DNA from: an uncultured Acidobacteriaceae bacterium
GTDB taxonomy: Bacteria; Acidobacteriota; Terriglobia; Terriglobales; Acidobacteriaceae
Length of the DNA: 64,000 bases
Assembly (NCBI GenBank): GCA_963836115.1
Contig: CAWIIH010000001.1
Location: forward strand, 18,735 to 82,734
Reading direction: 5' to 3'
The notes beneath the pieces are model-generated. The model was not told where the DNA came from. It saw only the letters and a program-made list of their open reading frames with translations, and made no database searches. Shown here one piece after another: positions 1 through 10,900 of this stretch; the stretch's first letter is position 1; the number at the start of each line of letters is the position of its first letter. Position numbers and translations under genes: made by a program.

Positions 1-188
1 GCAAGAACGGCCAGGAGAGTTGTGACTACGCAAAGCTGACGCCCGCTGAAGCCAAGACGCTGGCCGACGCCGAGCATAAACGCAACTACACGGCTTGTCT
101 GAAAGGCTATGGCTATTGCGACCGCTCTCGACTAACGCCCTCGGAAACCAAGGCAATTCCGGCCGGGCACGAGCCACTCCCCCAATAG
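1..188 (+). CDS. 3' end of a hypothetical protein (5' part outside window)
   Basis: Open frame from position 3 to TAG at 186-188. The tail has two copies of a C-x-LTP-x-E-x-K-like motif (CDYAKLTPAEAK, CDRSRLTPSETK). No family recognised. Confidence 0.35.
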   Translation, partial: KNGQESCDYAKLTPAEAKTLADAEHKRNYTACLKGYGYCDRSRLTPSETKAIPAGHEPLPQ

Positions 189-350
189 AAGGCCATTTGG
201 AAGAGCGCCAGGCCATCCTGCTTCTGTTTTGCATCGAAGCCTCATATGGCGAACTCGGGGTGCAACTTGGACGAATAACGTCTAGACACGGCACAAATCA
301 GGGCGTAGGACGCGAAAGAGGCATGGCGACCGGACATTGCGATCCGACAG

Positions 351-620
351 CTAGAGCGAGAGACTGTAAGTAAAAAATGCCAACGTTCCCGACGACAAAG
401 CCACCCCGAGATACCACCACTTGGAACCCCGAATCGCTGCAATGAATGAAAACACGATAGACAATAGGGCTGCACCCAACACGATCTTGTATTCGTGTTG
501 TGGCCCCGCAAGACTGTCTACGAAATGGTCGGCCTTTGGCGGATTGAGCAGAGAAAGCCAGAGCAGCATAACCAGCGACATTCCGACGGTCCCTAGCAGG
601 TGGGAGAAGTGGCGTCCCAT
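351..620 (-). CDS. small hydrophobic membrane protein, hypothetical
   Basis: 89-aa ORF with two or three hydrophobic helices. No recognisable family. Competes with overlapping ORFs. Confidence 0.3.
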   Translation of the reverse strand: MGRHFSHLLGTVGMSLVMLLWLSLLNPPKADHFVDSLAGPQHEYKIVLGAALLSIVFSFIAAIRGSKWWYLGVALSSGTLAFFTYSLSL

Positions 621-764
621 GTCGGAAATATACGCTTCGACGAGGCCGCTTCAATAACCGCAAGGGGGCGACTACGTCAGGCTAACTCAAAGGTAGCCAG
701 GATGGCTCTTTCGCGGACCAACTGATTTCCGAGTGATTTCGTAGTCTGTAACTGATTGAAAATA

Positions 765-854
765 TGGCGGAGAGAGTGGGATTCGAACCCACGTTACCCT
801 TTCGAGTAAACACGCTTTCCAAGCGTGCGCCTTCAGCCACTCGGCCATCTCTCC
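765..854 (-). tRNA. tRNA-Ser (anticodon GGA)
   Basis: The reverse complement gives a GGAGAGA acceptor stem pairing with TCTCTCC, then G-CCA. Anticodon loop TTGGAAA, long variable arm, GGTTCGAATCC T-loop. Confidence 0.9.
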
Positions 855-1042
855 GGCGAACCTGGGAAGGGACGATAGCTTTCCGGAAGGCTATCGCAAC
901 GGGCCGAGTCAGGTCGAATTCACAGCGACTTGGCCTCAGTTCATTCTATGGACGGGGACGCACGAGCGCAAATCGGCAAAAGGCGGCGAAGGCGGGCGCA
1001 TGGCCCGTGAGACAAGAACAAGAACGAGGCAAGCGGAGAGCC

Positions 1043-1909
1043 TTAGGAGAGTTTTTCGGGCGCAGATGCATCCGGTGCAGATGGATAAGAAGTAGTGGTT
1101 GACGCACCGGAAGTGGTTGCACCGGCGGCGGCACGCGCAGAGGAGGAATTGACAGGATCGCCAGGCTGGCGAGTTGCGGGAGGAACTGGCGGCGGCTTGA
1201 CCCCATCGACGACGTGATGGCTCAGGCAATAGAGCGCGAGTTCGAGGCGATCGGCAACGCCCAGCTTGTCGTACACTTTGCGCAAGTAGTTCTTTACGAC
1301 CTGCTCGGTCGTTCCCACGCGAACTGCGATTTCTTTGTTCTTCATGCCCTGAGTGACACAGGAAACGATCAGGGCTTCCTTGGGCGTGAGCTGGACTTTA
1401 GGGCGCGCTCCGGAAGGGCGCAGGGTGTGGCCGCGATAGGCTTCCATCACCCAATGGATGGCCTGGCTCTCGAGCCACGGCTCGCCGGCGGCAACCTTGC
1501 GGAGACAATCGACCAGAATCTCGGGTTCTACCTCGCGCGACAGAATGCCGTGAGCTCCGCGGCGGAACAGATCGAGCGTGAGCTGTTCATCCGACGCAGG
1601 TGTGACCACGACGATCTTCAGTTGCGGCGACTGGCGGAGCAGTTCCGCGACCGTTTCGACCGGATTGGGCGCCAGCGCCGATTCAAAAATCAGGACATCC
1701 GCGGAGAACTTCGTTACTGCCGATTGTGTCTGGGAAAGTGTCTCGGCCTGGCCGACCACGCGGATATCGTCTTCGAGGGCGAAGATCTTGCGCAGGCCCG
1801 CGCGGAAGATGGCCTGGGTATCGGCCAGGATCACGCGAATCAACTGGCCGGTACCGTCGTTCGCGTGAGCGCCGTGATTTTCTCCCGCACTGACCGAAGT
1901 GCTCGCCAT
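1043..1909 (-). CDS. LuxR/NarL-family response regulator with a degenerate (probably non-phosphorylatable) receiver domain
   Basis: Receiver-like N-terminus plus C-terminal LuxR HTH (LTPKEALIVSCVTQGMKNKEIAVRVGTTEQVVKNYLRKVYDKLGV). The expected phospho-Asp position reads DVLIFESAL (Glu), the acidic pair reads AD, and the conserved Lys position reads Arg. Confidence 0.85.
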   Translation of the reverse strand: MASTSVSAGENHGAHANDGTGQLIRVILADTQAIFRAGLRKIFALEDDIRVVGQAETLSQTQSAVTKFSADVLIFESALAPNPVETVAELLRQSPQLKIVVVTPASDEQLTLDLFRRGAHGILSREVEPEILVDCLRKVAAGEPWLESQAIHWVMEAYRGHTLRPSGARPKVQLTPKEALIVSCVTQGMKNKEIAVRVGTTEQVVKNYLRKVYDKLGVADRLELALYCLSHHVVDGVKPPPVPPATRQPGDPVNSSSARAAAGATTSGASTTTSYPSAPDASAPEKLS

Positions 1910-1923
1910 CAGTTTCCTTGCAC

Positions 1924-2388
1924 CTATGCTCGCTCGAAATGGTACTCGTCAATTACGACGCCAACCCCGCGACGGCCCCGGTCTTCAAAGCTGCGCACCA
2001 CGCGGCCATGGCAGTCAATCTGCACATCACAACGGGAACCCACGACATCTCCGGGAAGCAGGATGGTGAAGTCCACGATCGAGCCCACAGGAACGTCGCG
2101 ATCGATCGCGAAGAGCACGCCGTTGGCGGAAATGTTTTGCGTCTCCGCCGCACAAGCTCCGCTCTGCGACTGCAACTCCACGGGCAGATGCAGAGGGAAC
2201 CGCGGAGCACTCTGCATTTCGGCATAGTGCTTGATCGCAGTTTGCGCCTGCGGATCCACCGTCAGTTGCTCCTCTGCTGCTTCGCCTGACACCGTTTCTG
2301 ACGAACCTTCCTTCCAGTGCGCAGTACGCCTCTCAGCGCATCCGGATTTGCAGAACTTATGGGCAGCGTACACCCAGGAATCAGGCAT
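1924..2388 (-). CDS. PilZ-domain protein
   Basis: RFPLHLPVEL ... NISANGVLF ... pattern typical of PilZ c-di-GMP binding domains. Its stop lies 15 nt upstream of the regulator start, so it is probably in the same operon. Confidence 0.65.
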   Translation of the reverse strand: MPDSWVYAAHKFCKSGCAERRTAHWKEGSSETVSGEAAEEQLTVDPQAQTAIKHYAEMQSAPRFPLHLPVELQSQSGACAAETQNISANGVLFAIDRDVPVGSIVDFTILLPGDVVGSRCDVQIDCHGRVVRSFEDRGRRGVGVVIDEYHFERA

Positions 2389-2490
2389 GCAAAGTTACCG
2401 AAGTCATGGAACAGAAGGGTGCTAACTGCTTGTGGATGAGCGGATTAGAGGGAATTTACCAGGGGCAAACTGGGAACGGACTGCAGAGGC

Positions 2491-2570
2491 CAGCACTCAG
2501 CATTTCAGCACTCAGCATTTAGCCTGACAGAGCCTAAAGTAGCTCAGTGCTGAAGGCTGAGTGCTGAAGG
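2491..2570. repeat. heptamer-periodic inverted repeat (hairpin)
   Basis: Left arm CAGCACT CAGCATT TCAGCACT CAGCATT; right arm is its imperfect complement (TCAGTGCTGAAGGCTGAGTGCTGAAGG). Confidence 0.6.
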
Positions 2571-2599
2571 GCGGCAGCCTTCCGCGTTTTTCTTTTCCG

Positions 2600-2690
2600 T
2601 TCCGGAACAGCGGGTGCCCCGTCCTTGCGTTCTTTGCAAGAGCCTGCCCTGAGCGAAGTCGAAGGGACGGGGCAGCCACGGTGTTGGTGA
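2600..2690. repeat. GC-rich REP-like element (GCCTGCCCTGAGCGAAG[C/T]CGAAGGG family)
   Basis: The core at 2642-2666 recurs at 4645-4671, 19049-19074, 47300-47360, 47551-47573, and in reverse at 48909-48960. Confidence 0.6.
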
Positions 2691-2740
2691 TGCCAGCTAA
2701 GTTCAAAGCCTGGGCCACCCGCCGCCGCTGGCTCCTCTTT

Positions 2741-3133
2741 TCAAGCGTATTCCGACAGCTGATGCAACGGAAATTGCGACTCGATCAACGCGCGCGCATA
2801 TCGACTGTCAACAGAACTCAGAAGGCTCATCACCTGCTCCAGACTGGCAATCTCAAAGTCAACATGCTTCAGCTTGTCCTGCACGGGCCTGGAGGGGTTG
2901 AATAACTTGAATCGAATATCGTGGTCCTGGGCCCATCTCTGCAGAAGCATTAGCATGCCGAGACCGCCACCGCCGATTGCGTGCATTTCCGTGAGGTCCA
3001 AGACTACGACGCGGGCGTCCGTCTGGGACGTAACGGCGTCCCGTAACTTCAAAGCAGCTTCGTTGCGGACAAATCTGCCCGTGCATTCAATGATTGCCAT
3101 CTCACCCACGTTGTCGATATGTACGCTTGGCAT
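2741..3133 (-). CDS. STAS-domain protein (anti-sigma-factor antagonist family)
   Basis: 130 aa; layout GRFVRNEAALKLRDAV ... VVVLDLTEMHAIGGGGLGMLMLL is typical of SpoIIAA/RsbV-like STAS domains. Confidence 0.75.
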   Translation of the reverse strand: MPSVHIDNVGEMAIIECTGRFVRNEAALKLRDAVTSQTDARVVVLDLTEMHAIGGGGLGMLMLLQRWAQDHDIRFKLFNPSRPVQDKLKHVDFEIASLEQVMSLLSSVDSRYARALIESQFPLHQLSEYA

Positions 3134-3731
3134 TATTCCTCCGCGTTAATTGTTGTCTAGTTGTCATATCTAGAGAGCACGAACCCTGCCGCACTGTATT
3201 TTGTGCGAGATGCGAAAGGTAACTTGGCCGTGTTACCGGAACTTCCTGCATGGTGGAAGAAAATCTGACCTACAGGAAATGCTGTACGACCCCGTTCACA
3301 CGGATCGGCACCAGTGGAAATGAAATCTACGATCTCAAAGAGCGGAAGCACTACCAAACCCGGACCTTGCTGCAAATGGACTCGGCCGAGTGCGGTGTGG
3401 ACAGAAACGGCGGCAAGAGCGTGGTTGGCGAACTGGTGGGTACCGCGGTGAACAGGTTCGGCGAAGGGACGGACTAGTACCGCCCGAAACCTCAAGAATC
3501 GATTTGTAAGGCGACGGTTTCAAAGCGGCAGCGGTTCCCGGCGTATTGCGGTGTCGTCTCTCCGTCGCAGCCCCGCGACGTTCGGTGTCCATCTTTACCA
3601 AGCCATGTTGACATTCGAATGCTTTGCAAGTTTGGTACGGATCGTGCTTGGCAGATGGAAGGCGCTGCTCCGCGAATGACGCAAAGGCAAGTTCCTCATG
3701 TGTTTGCCCGGTGAAAAATCGGAGGAGAGTC

Positions 3732-4145
3732 ATGCCAAGAAAACCTGTAGTTCTATGTGTGGATGACGAATGGAATGGTCTTGAAGGTCGCAAGATGCTG
3801 TTGGAGGAAGCTGCGTGCAAGGTCCTGGTCGCCATCAGCGGAGCAGAGGCTTTGCAACTGTTTGCCTCCCAACCCGTCGATTTAGTGCTACTCGACTATC
3901 ACATGCCTGGAATGAATGGGGATGTCGTGGCAGAGCACATGAAAGCCGTCCAGCCCGATGTTCCAATCGCTCTGGTGTCCGCAGATGATGGGCTACCAGA
4001 GAGCGCTCTGAAATGGGTAGATGCGTTTGTGTCCAAGAGCGAGTCGCCTGCAAACCTGCTACAGATTGTCGAGCATTTGCTCGATCTGCGTTTTCTATTT
4101 GCGCCTCTCGATTTAACTGGCGGGCGAGGAAGACGCGTGGCATAA
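3732..4145 (+). CDS. single-domain response regulator (CheY-like receiver)
   Basis: VLCVDDE ... DLVLLDYHMPGMNG ... canonical receiver motifs. ATG at 3732 is preceded by GGAGGAGAG. Confidence 0.85.
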   Translation: MPRKPVVLCVDDEWNGLEGRKMLLEEAACKVLVAISGAEALQLFASQPVDLVLLDYHMPGMNGDVVAEHMKAVQPDVPIALVSADDGLPESALKWVDAFVSKSESPANLLQIVEHLLDLRFLFAPLDLTGGRGRRVA

Positions 4146-4357
4146 GACTTTAGAATTTGAGAGCGACGACGCAGGACTGTGTCGATTTCGTAACACGAAT
4201 CAAAGACGGCCACCATTGGCCACGGTAAGTTCTGCACCCGAGCATGTCCTTTTTGGGGTCGGCACGCGAGGACTTTTGTCATTTGAAGGGTCAAAATCTC
4301 GTGCTCGATATCCCTACGAATCACGCATCAGCTGGAAAACAAAGGACTTTTATAAAA

Positions 4358-4373
4358 TGGCACGGTTCTTGCA
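4358..4373 (+). promoter_or_regulatory. sigma54 (-24/-12) promoter
   Basis: TGGCACGGTTCTTGCA matches the TGGCAC-N5-TTGCA consensus exactly. About 60 nt upstream of the ATG at 4434. Confidence 0.65.
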
Positions 4374-4433
4374 GTCACAAGAGTAGTTTTCGCTGCTTCG
4401 TATTTTGCAAGAGCGCATGGAAGAGAGGTGCTT

Positions 4434-4625
4434 ATGGTAGGCGCAACGAATAATAACAAATACGATTTGAATTCTGCGATCACGTTCCTCTTGGTTGGCC
4501 TAGGTGTCGGGTCGGTTTTGTCCATTGTCTTCAATCCGAAACGAAGAGTCGCGCCAGAGAAAATCGATCGGTGGCGCATGTCAGAGTTGCGGCCACGAAG
4601 GGAAGCAGAGGAGCGAGTAGCGTGA
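4434..4625 (+). CDS. small membrane protein, hypothetical
   Basis: 63 aa with one hydrophobic helix (ITFLLVGLGVGSVLSIVF) and a charged tail. AGAGGTG lies upstream of the ATG. Sits behind the sigma54 promoter. Confidence 0.45.
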   Translation: MVGATNNNKYDLNSAITFLLVGLGVGSVLSIVFNPKRRVAPEKIDRWRMSELRPRREAEERVA

Positions 4626-4727
4626 CGGCTAGGCTGGGCGTCGGCACCTGCCCGGAGCGGAGCCGAAGGGGCGGGCGGCGATGCTGCCTGTCCTATTTGG
4701 TTTGTTATGCCACAGGCGGGCCAACGT

Positions 4728-6155
4728 CTAGAACTTGGTCACTTCCGTGAAATTAAACTCTCGAATCTTCATGGCAGGCACGACCATGTCAAACGACTCC
4801 TCGCCGCAGGAACGAACAGGTGCGCTCATGGCCTCCACGCTCGACAGCATGTGGATGAGGCTCTCGTTAAAACGGAAGTTGCGGATTCCCCGTTTGACTT
4901 TTCCGTCTTCCACCAGGAACGTGCCGTCGCGGGTCATTCCCGTAAGCATTTTTTCGTACGGATCGACTTCGCGGATGTACCACAGCCGGGTGACCAGCAC
5001 GCCGCGCTCGGTGGAGGCGATCATCTCAGACAAGGTTTGCGGATTTTGCGGCGCGGCAAAAACGATGTTCAGCGGCATCTCGCCCATTTCGTTGGGCAGC
5101 GGGAATCCATGGCCGGTGGATGCGATGGGCCCGGCCTTATCTCTATGTTCCGAGCGCTTCATTCTTTCCGCCGTCGCCCGCGCATAGACAACGCGTTTGA
5201 CGACTCCTTTCTCTACCAGCGGTACGGGCATCCGGCGCATGCCCTCGCCATCGAAGGGAGAGCCGGTTTGCAGGGGATGCGTGACGTCGTCCCAGATGGT
5301 GATGTTCTCGCCGAAGAGTTGACTACCGATGCGGCCGGTGAGGAAGGAACGCTGGTCGAGGATCGCCATGCCGGAGTAATCCCAGAACATGAAGCCGACG
5401 ATGTCGAGCACGGCGGCGGGCTCGAGAATCACCGTGTACTTCCCTGCTGGAATCTCCGCGGGATGCGCCGAGTCGAGCGTCTTCTGCGCCGCCGTCTCAG
5501 CAAGACGGAGCGGATCGAGGTTGGCCACGTCGGGCGAGTTGGCTTTCTGCCATCCGGAAGAGTCCCCGCCCAGCATGGTGATGGAAACCTCCGCCAGAGT
5601 CTGGGTATGCCAATTGCTCAGGCCGCGCGAATTGAAAATGCCCTCGACAGATTCGGAACTGGAGAAGATTCCAGCAGCTGTGAGTTTGTGTTTCTGCGCA
5701 ACCTCGACGATCTTCTTTACGCTGTCGGCGCGAAGTTGCGGCGTGATGGCCGCAGTCTGAGCGAAATAGCGGGATGGAGCTTGCGTAGTGAGGACGCCCC
5801 CTTCGGCAAGCTCAGGGCGGGCATCGTCCGCGCTGCCGGCAGCTTCGCGACTGTCGGGCATGGGCAGCAAGTCAGGATCAGAATGCTGCACCTTTGCCAA
5901 TGCTTCCGAAGATTCCACCACCCGCCGCAAGCTTTCGTCGTCAAACTTGTTGGTCGTAGCGCGAGCGGTGCGTCCGCCAAAGGCCGTGCGAACCGAGACG
6001 ATATGATTTTCCTCGGCGACGTTCTGATGGATGGTATTGTTCGCAAACCGAGTCAGCGCAAAGCGTCCGCCGGAAATAAGAACCTCGATCTCGTCAGCGG
6101 ACGACAACTTCCTGATGCGGTCAAAGATGTCGCTCGCTTGTTCCCTGGCTAGCAT
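4728..6155 (-). CDS. pmbA: PmbA/TldE-family metalloprotease subunit
   Basis: 475 aa with TldD/PmbA family similarity. Directly downstream of tldD on the same strand. Confidence 0.85.
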   Translation of the reverse strand: MLAREQASDIFDRIRKLSSADEIEVLISGGRFALTRFANNTIHQNVAEENHIVSVRTAFGGRTARATTNKFDDESLRRVVESSEALAKVQHSDPDLLPMPDSREAAGSADDARPELAEGGVLTTQAPSRYFAQTAAITPQLRADSVKKIVEVAQKHKLTAAGIFSSSESVEGIFNSRGLSNWHTQTLAEVSITMLGGDSSGWQKANSPDVANLDPLRLAETAAQKTLDSAHPAEIPAGKYTVILEPAAVLDIVGFMFWDYSGMAILDQRSFLTGRIGSQLFGENITIWDDVTHPLQTGSPFDGEGMRRMPVPLVEKGVVKRVVYARATAERMKRSEHRDKAGPIASTGHGFPLPNEMGEMPLNIVFAAPQNPQTLSEMIASTERGVLVTRLWYIREVDPYEKMLTGMTRDGTFLVEDGKVKRGIRNFRFNESLIHMLSSVEAMSAPVRSCGEESFDMVVPAMKIREFNFTEVTKF

Positions 6156-6200
6156 AGGCTGTTTCTTGTTTTCTCTGTGCCTCTGTGTCTCTGTGGTGAA

Positions 6201-7688
6201 CTAGCTCCCCTTGTACGCGCTTCCCACTTTGATTTGCCGAAAGCGCGACGGCGCTGCGCCGTGACCCGTGCCCATCACTTGTTGCGGTTGACCTTTGCCG
6301 CAATTGGGTGTGCCCCAGAGCGTCCACTCATCGCGCGAGCAGATCGCATCCAGCGAATTCCAGAACTCGGTTGTGATTCCGGAATACGACGGGTTCTTCA
6401 CCATGCGCACGCGCTTGCCTTTCTTGATCTCCCAGCCGATCTCGCAGCCGAATTGAAAGTTGTACCGCCGGTCGTCAATCGACCAGGAACGGTTGGTCTG
6501 CATCAGGATGCCGTGATCGGTTGCGGCGATCAGTTGCTCGAGGGTCAGCGGCTTTTCGCCCGGCAGCAGGCTGACGTTGGTCATGCGGATCATGGGCAGA
6601 CGATTCCATCCCTCGGCGCGCAGCGTCCCGCCGGAGCGGCTTTCGCCGATGGCGTGCGCGGTCTCGCGCGAACTGAGGTAGCCGGTGAACAATCCATTCG
6701 TGATGATCGGCGTGCACTGCGCGGGGACGCCTTCGTCGTCGAATCCGAAAGTGCCGAGGCCCGGTCCGTGCTCCTGGCGCGCGTCGGCAACCACGTTTAC
6801 CATCTCAGTTCCGTAACGCAACGTGCGCAGTTTGTCGAGCGTCAAGAACGATGTGCCCGCGAAATTCGCCTCCATGCCCAGCACGCGATCAAGTTCGATG
6901 GGATGCCCGATCGATTCGTGGATCTGCAATGCCAGCTGCGAATTGTCGAGAATAATGTCGAACGTACCTTCGGGACACTGGTCTGCATGATGCAGGGCAA
7001 CCGCCTCTTCGGCGATGCGGCGGGCATTCTCGACGAGCTTCAACTCTTCGATCAGTTCGTACCCTTTGTTCTGCCACTGTCCGCCATAAGAATTAGGATA
7101 CGAACGTTTCTGGATTTCGTTTCCCGCAAACGCGTATGCGGTGTAGCCCGCACCCGCGGAATACTTGGTCTGATGGATGTCGGTTCCTTCCGACGATAGA
7201 AACCATTGCTCCTCACGATTGAAGTTGAGGTTGGTTTCGGCCAGGGTAATGCCGGCAACGGCGCGCAACTCAGAGTCGATATTCAGCAGCAGCGCGATGT
7301 TTTGCTCGACCGAGATCGAGAATGGATCAATCACATGCGGCGTGGTCCACTCGGCGGTCACGGCTTTTTCCGCAGCGAGGCGGACGTCGTGCTGCTTCAC
7401 TTGCGCCGAGGCGAGTGCAATTTCAACCGCGCGGGCAGCCGTGGCTTCAACGCCGGAGCGCGATAGATCTTCGGAAGCGGCGAATCCCCACGCACCATCG
7501 GCAATCACGCGCACGCTCATCCCCACAGACTCAGCGTCGGACGCGCTGCCGACTTTGCCGTTCTTCGTGGTGAGTGCGCGGCTTCTCTGACTGACGATGC
7601 GCGCATCGGCGTAGCTCGCGCCGCGCATTGTGGCAACATTCAAAGCCCAGTTGGCGACTTGCTTCATGCGGAGATTCAAATCTACCAC
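6201..7688 (-). CDS. tldD: TldD-family metalloprotease
   Basis: 495 aa. HESIGHPIELDR metal-binding motif and C-terminal GTGHGAAPSRF are typical of TldD. Confidence 0.9.
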   Translation of the reverse strand: MVDLNLRMKQVANWALNVATMRGASYADARIVSQRSRALTTKNGKVGSASDAESVGMSVRVIADGAWGFAASEDLSRSGVEATAARAVEIALASAQVKQHDVRLAAEKAVTAEWTTPHVIDPFSISVEQNIALLLNIDSELRAVAGITLAETNLNFNREEQWFLSSEGTDIHQTKYSAGAGYTAYAFAGNEIQKRSYPNSYGGQWQNKGYELIEELKLVENARRIAEEAVALHHADQCPEGTFDIILDNSQLALQIHESIGHPIELDRVLGMEANFAGTSFLTLDKLRTLRYGTEMVNVVADARQEHGPGLGTFGFDDEGVPAQCTPIITNGLFTGYLSSRETAHAIGESRSGGTLRAEGWNRLPMIRMTNVSLLPGEKPLTLEQLIAATDHGILMQTNRSWSIDDRRYNFQFGCEIGWEIKKGKRVRMVKNPSYSGITTEFWNSLDAICSRDEWTLWGTPNCGKGQPQQVMGTGHGAAPSRFRQIKVGSAYKGS

Positions 7689-7734
7689 GGAGGCACGGAG
7701 TCACAGAGAAAGGCAAGCTAAAATATTTGGACGT

Positions 7735-8578
7735 CTACGGTGTGGCCCTCGCCACATCCAGCGCTTTCCTCACCGCCAACAATTCTTTCAACAGGTCACG
7801 CAGCTTGGTGGATTCCAGCGCATTTGCTCCGTCAGATTTCGCAACTTTCGGATTATCGTGAACTTCGAGGAAGACGCCATCCACGCCGGCGGCGACCGCC
7901 GCACGCGCCAGCACCGGGATGAACTCAGGCTGGCCGCCGCTGACTGCGGGCCCACCGTCGTCAGCTTGAGCGGAAGGAAGCTGCACGGAATGCGTCGCAT
8001 CGAAAACCACGGGCGCGAATTTGCGCATGATGGAAAGCGAGCGCATATCTACGACGAGGTTGTTGTAACCGAAACTTGAGCCGCGCTCGGTCAGAAAGAC
8101 TTGCGCGTTGCCCGCCTCGCGGCACTTCTCCACCGCATGCCGCATGTCCCAGGGCGAAACGAATTGACCTTTCTTGATATTGACGGCGCGGCCGCTGAGC
8201 GCCGCCGCGAGCACGAGATCAGTTTGACGGCACAGAAACGCAGGGAATTTGCAGCACGTCAACGACCTCCGCGACTCTTGCAACATCGGCCACCTCGTGG
8301 ACATCGGTGAGTAACGGGAGCTGAACCTCGTCCTTGATCTTCTTCAGAATACGCAGACCTTCCTTGATTCCAGGCCCACGAAAACTGCGAATCGAGGTGC
8401 GGTTGGCTTTGTCGTAGCTGGCTTTGAAGATGAACGGGAAACCCAGCGCTTTGGTGACGCCTTTAATGATCTCGGCCATGCGAATGGCGTGCTCTTCGCT
8501 CTCGATCACGCACGGACCGGCAATAAGGAAAAGATTGCCTGAGCCGATGCGGACATCGCCGACTTGGAAGGAGGAAAT
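7735..8578 (-). pseudogene. kdsA: 2-dehydro-3-deoxyphosphooctonate aldolase (KDO8P synthase), frame-broken in this assembly
   Basis: Two overlapping ORFs (8219-8509 and 7735-8304) together give full KdsA: [14 protein letters not shown] ... [12 protein letters not shown] ... QIP|AFLCRQTDL ... DATHSVQ. The join needs removal of one base in the GGG run at 8243-8245. N-terminal homology ([20 protein letters not shown]) extends upstream of the GTG at 8509, with only CTG/ATT as possible starts. Confidence 0.85.
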
Positions 8579-8700
8579 CAGAAGCTAAAACCTCTCACCG
8601 CCGAGCACGCAGAGAACGCGGAGATAAAATCATGGAAAAACCACAGTTCCTTCTTGTTTCTCTCGGCGTACTCGGCGATCTCGGCGGTAAACTCTCTTAC

Positions 8701-10374
<1,674 letters not shown>

Positions 10375-10677
10375 CTATTCCTCGCTCCAAATTGTGTTTG
10401 AAAGTTTGTGCAGGTGGGGTGCACGATCAATTATGACAGAAGAGGCCTGTGGAAAGAAACAGAAGAATCAACGGGTCGTGTCTTAGCTTGCAGAGATGCT
10501 CATGTGCTGACAGGCACCTCGCCCGCCGAGCGGAGCGACGCGGCCTCTTGGCAGAGGCGGAACTAAGGCACTACCAATCGACGCGCGTTGACTATCCTGG
10601 GGATGTGGGCGAAAATGAATTGAGTACTTCCCTCGATCCCGACTTGTCGGGCTTCGGCATTTTTTGTCCTCAATCGT

Positions 10678-10753
10678 GGGCCTGTGGCGCAGCTGGGAGC
10701 GCGCTTCCATGGCATGGAAGAGGTCGTCGGTTCGATCCCGACCAGGTCCACCA
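10678..10753 (+). tRNA. tRNA-Ala (anticodon GGC)
   Basis: Acceptor GGGCCTG/CAGGTCC with the G3:U70 pair. Anticodon loop ATGGCAT, GGTTCGATCC T-loop, encoded CCA. Confidence 0.9.
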
Positions 10754-10764
10754 ATTCTCTCAAC
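10745..10764 (+). repeat. att-like direct repeat, left copy (overlaps tRNA-Ala 3' end)
   Basis: GGTCCACCAATTCTCTCAA; near-identical copy at 12641-12659. Confidence 0.55.
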
Positions 10765-10799
10765 AACTTAGACGGGGCGAGTAGTTACCGCAACGGCTC

Positions 10800-10819
10800 T
10801 TGTGTCATGTTTGTGTCAT
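10800..10819 (+). promoter_or_regulatory. tandem 9-bp direct repeats (possible operator or arm-type site)
   Basis: TTGTGTCAT-GT-TTGTGTCAT, 11-bp period, about 80 nt upstream of the ParA-like gene. Confidence 0.3.
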
Positions 10820-10900
10820 AACCCGCCGTGCAATGTTTGTCAGGAGTTAAGATGTAGCCTAGAAATAGTGCGAGTTTTCAATCACCGGGAGACATGACAG

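Noticed and set aside
4707-7199. Long plus-strand ORFs 4707-6152 and 6177-7199
   Set aside because: They are antisense shadows of pmbA and tldD, which have clear family motifs on the minus strand.
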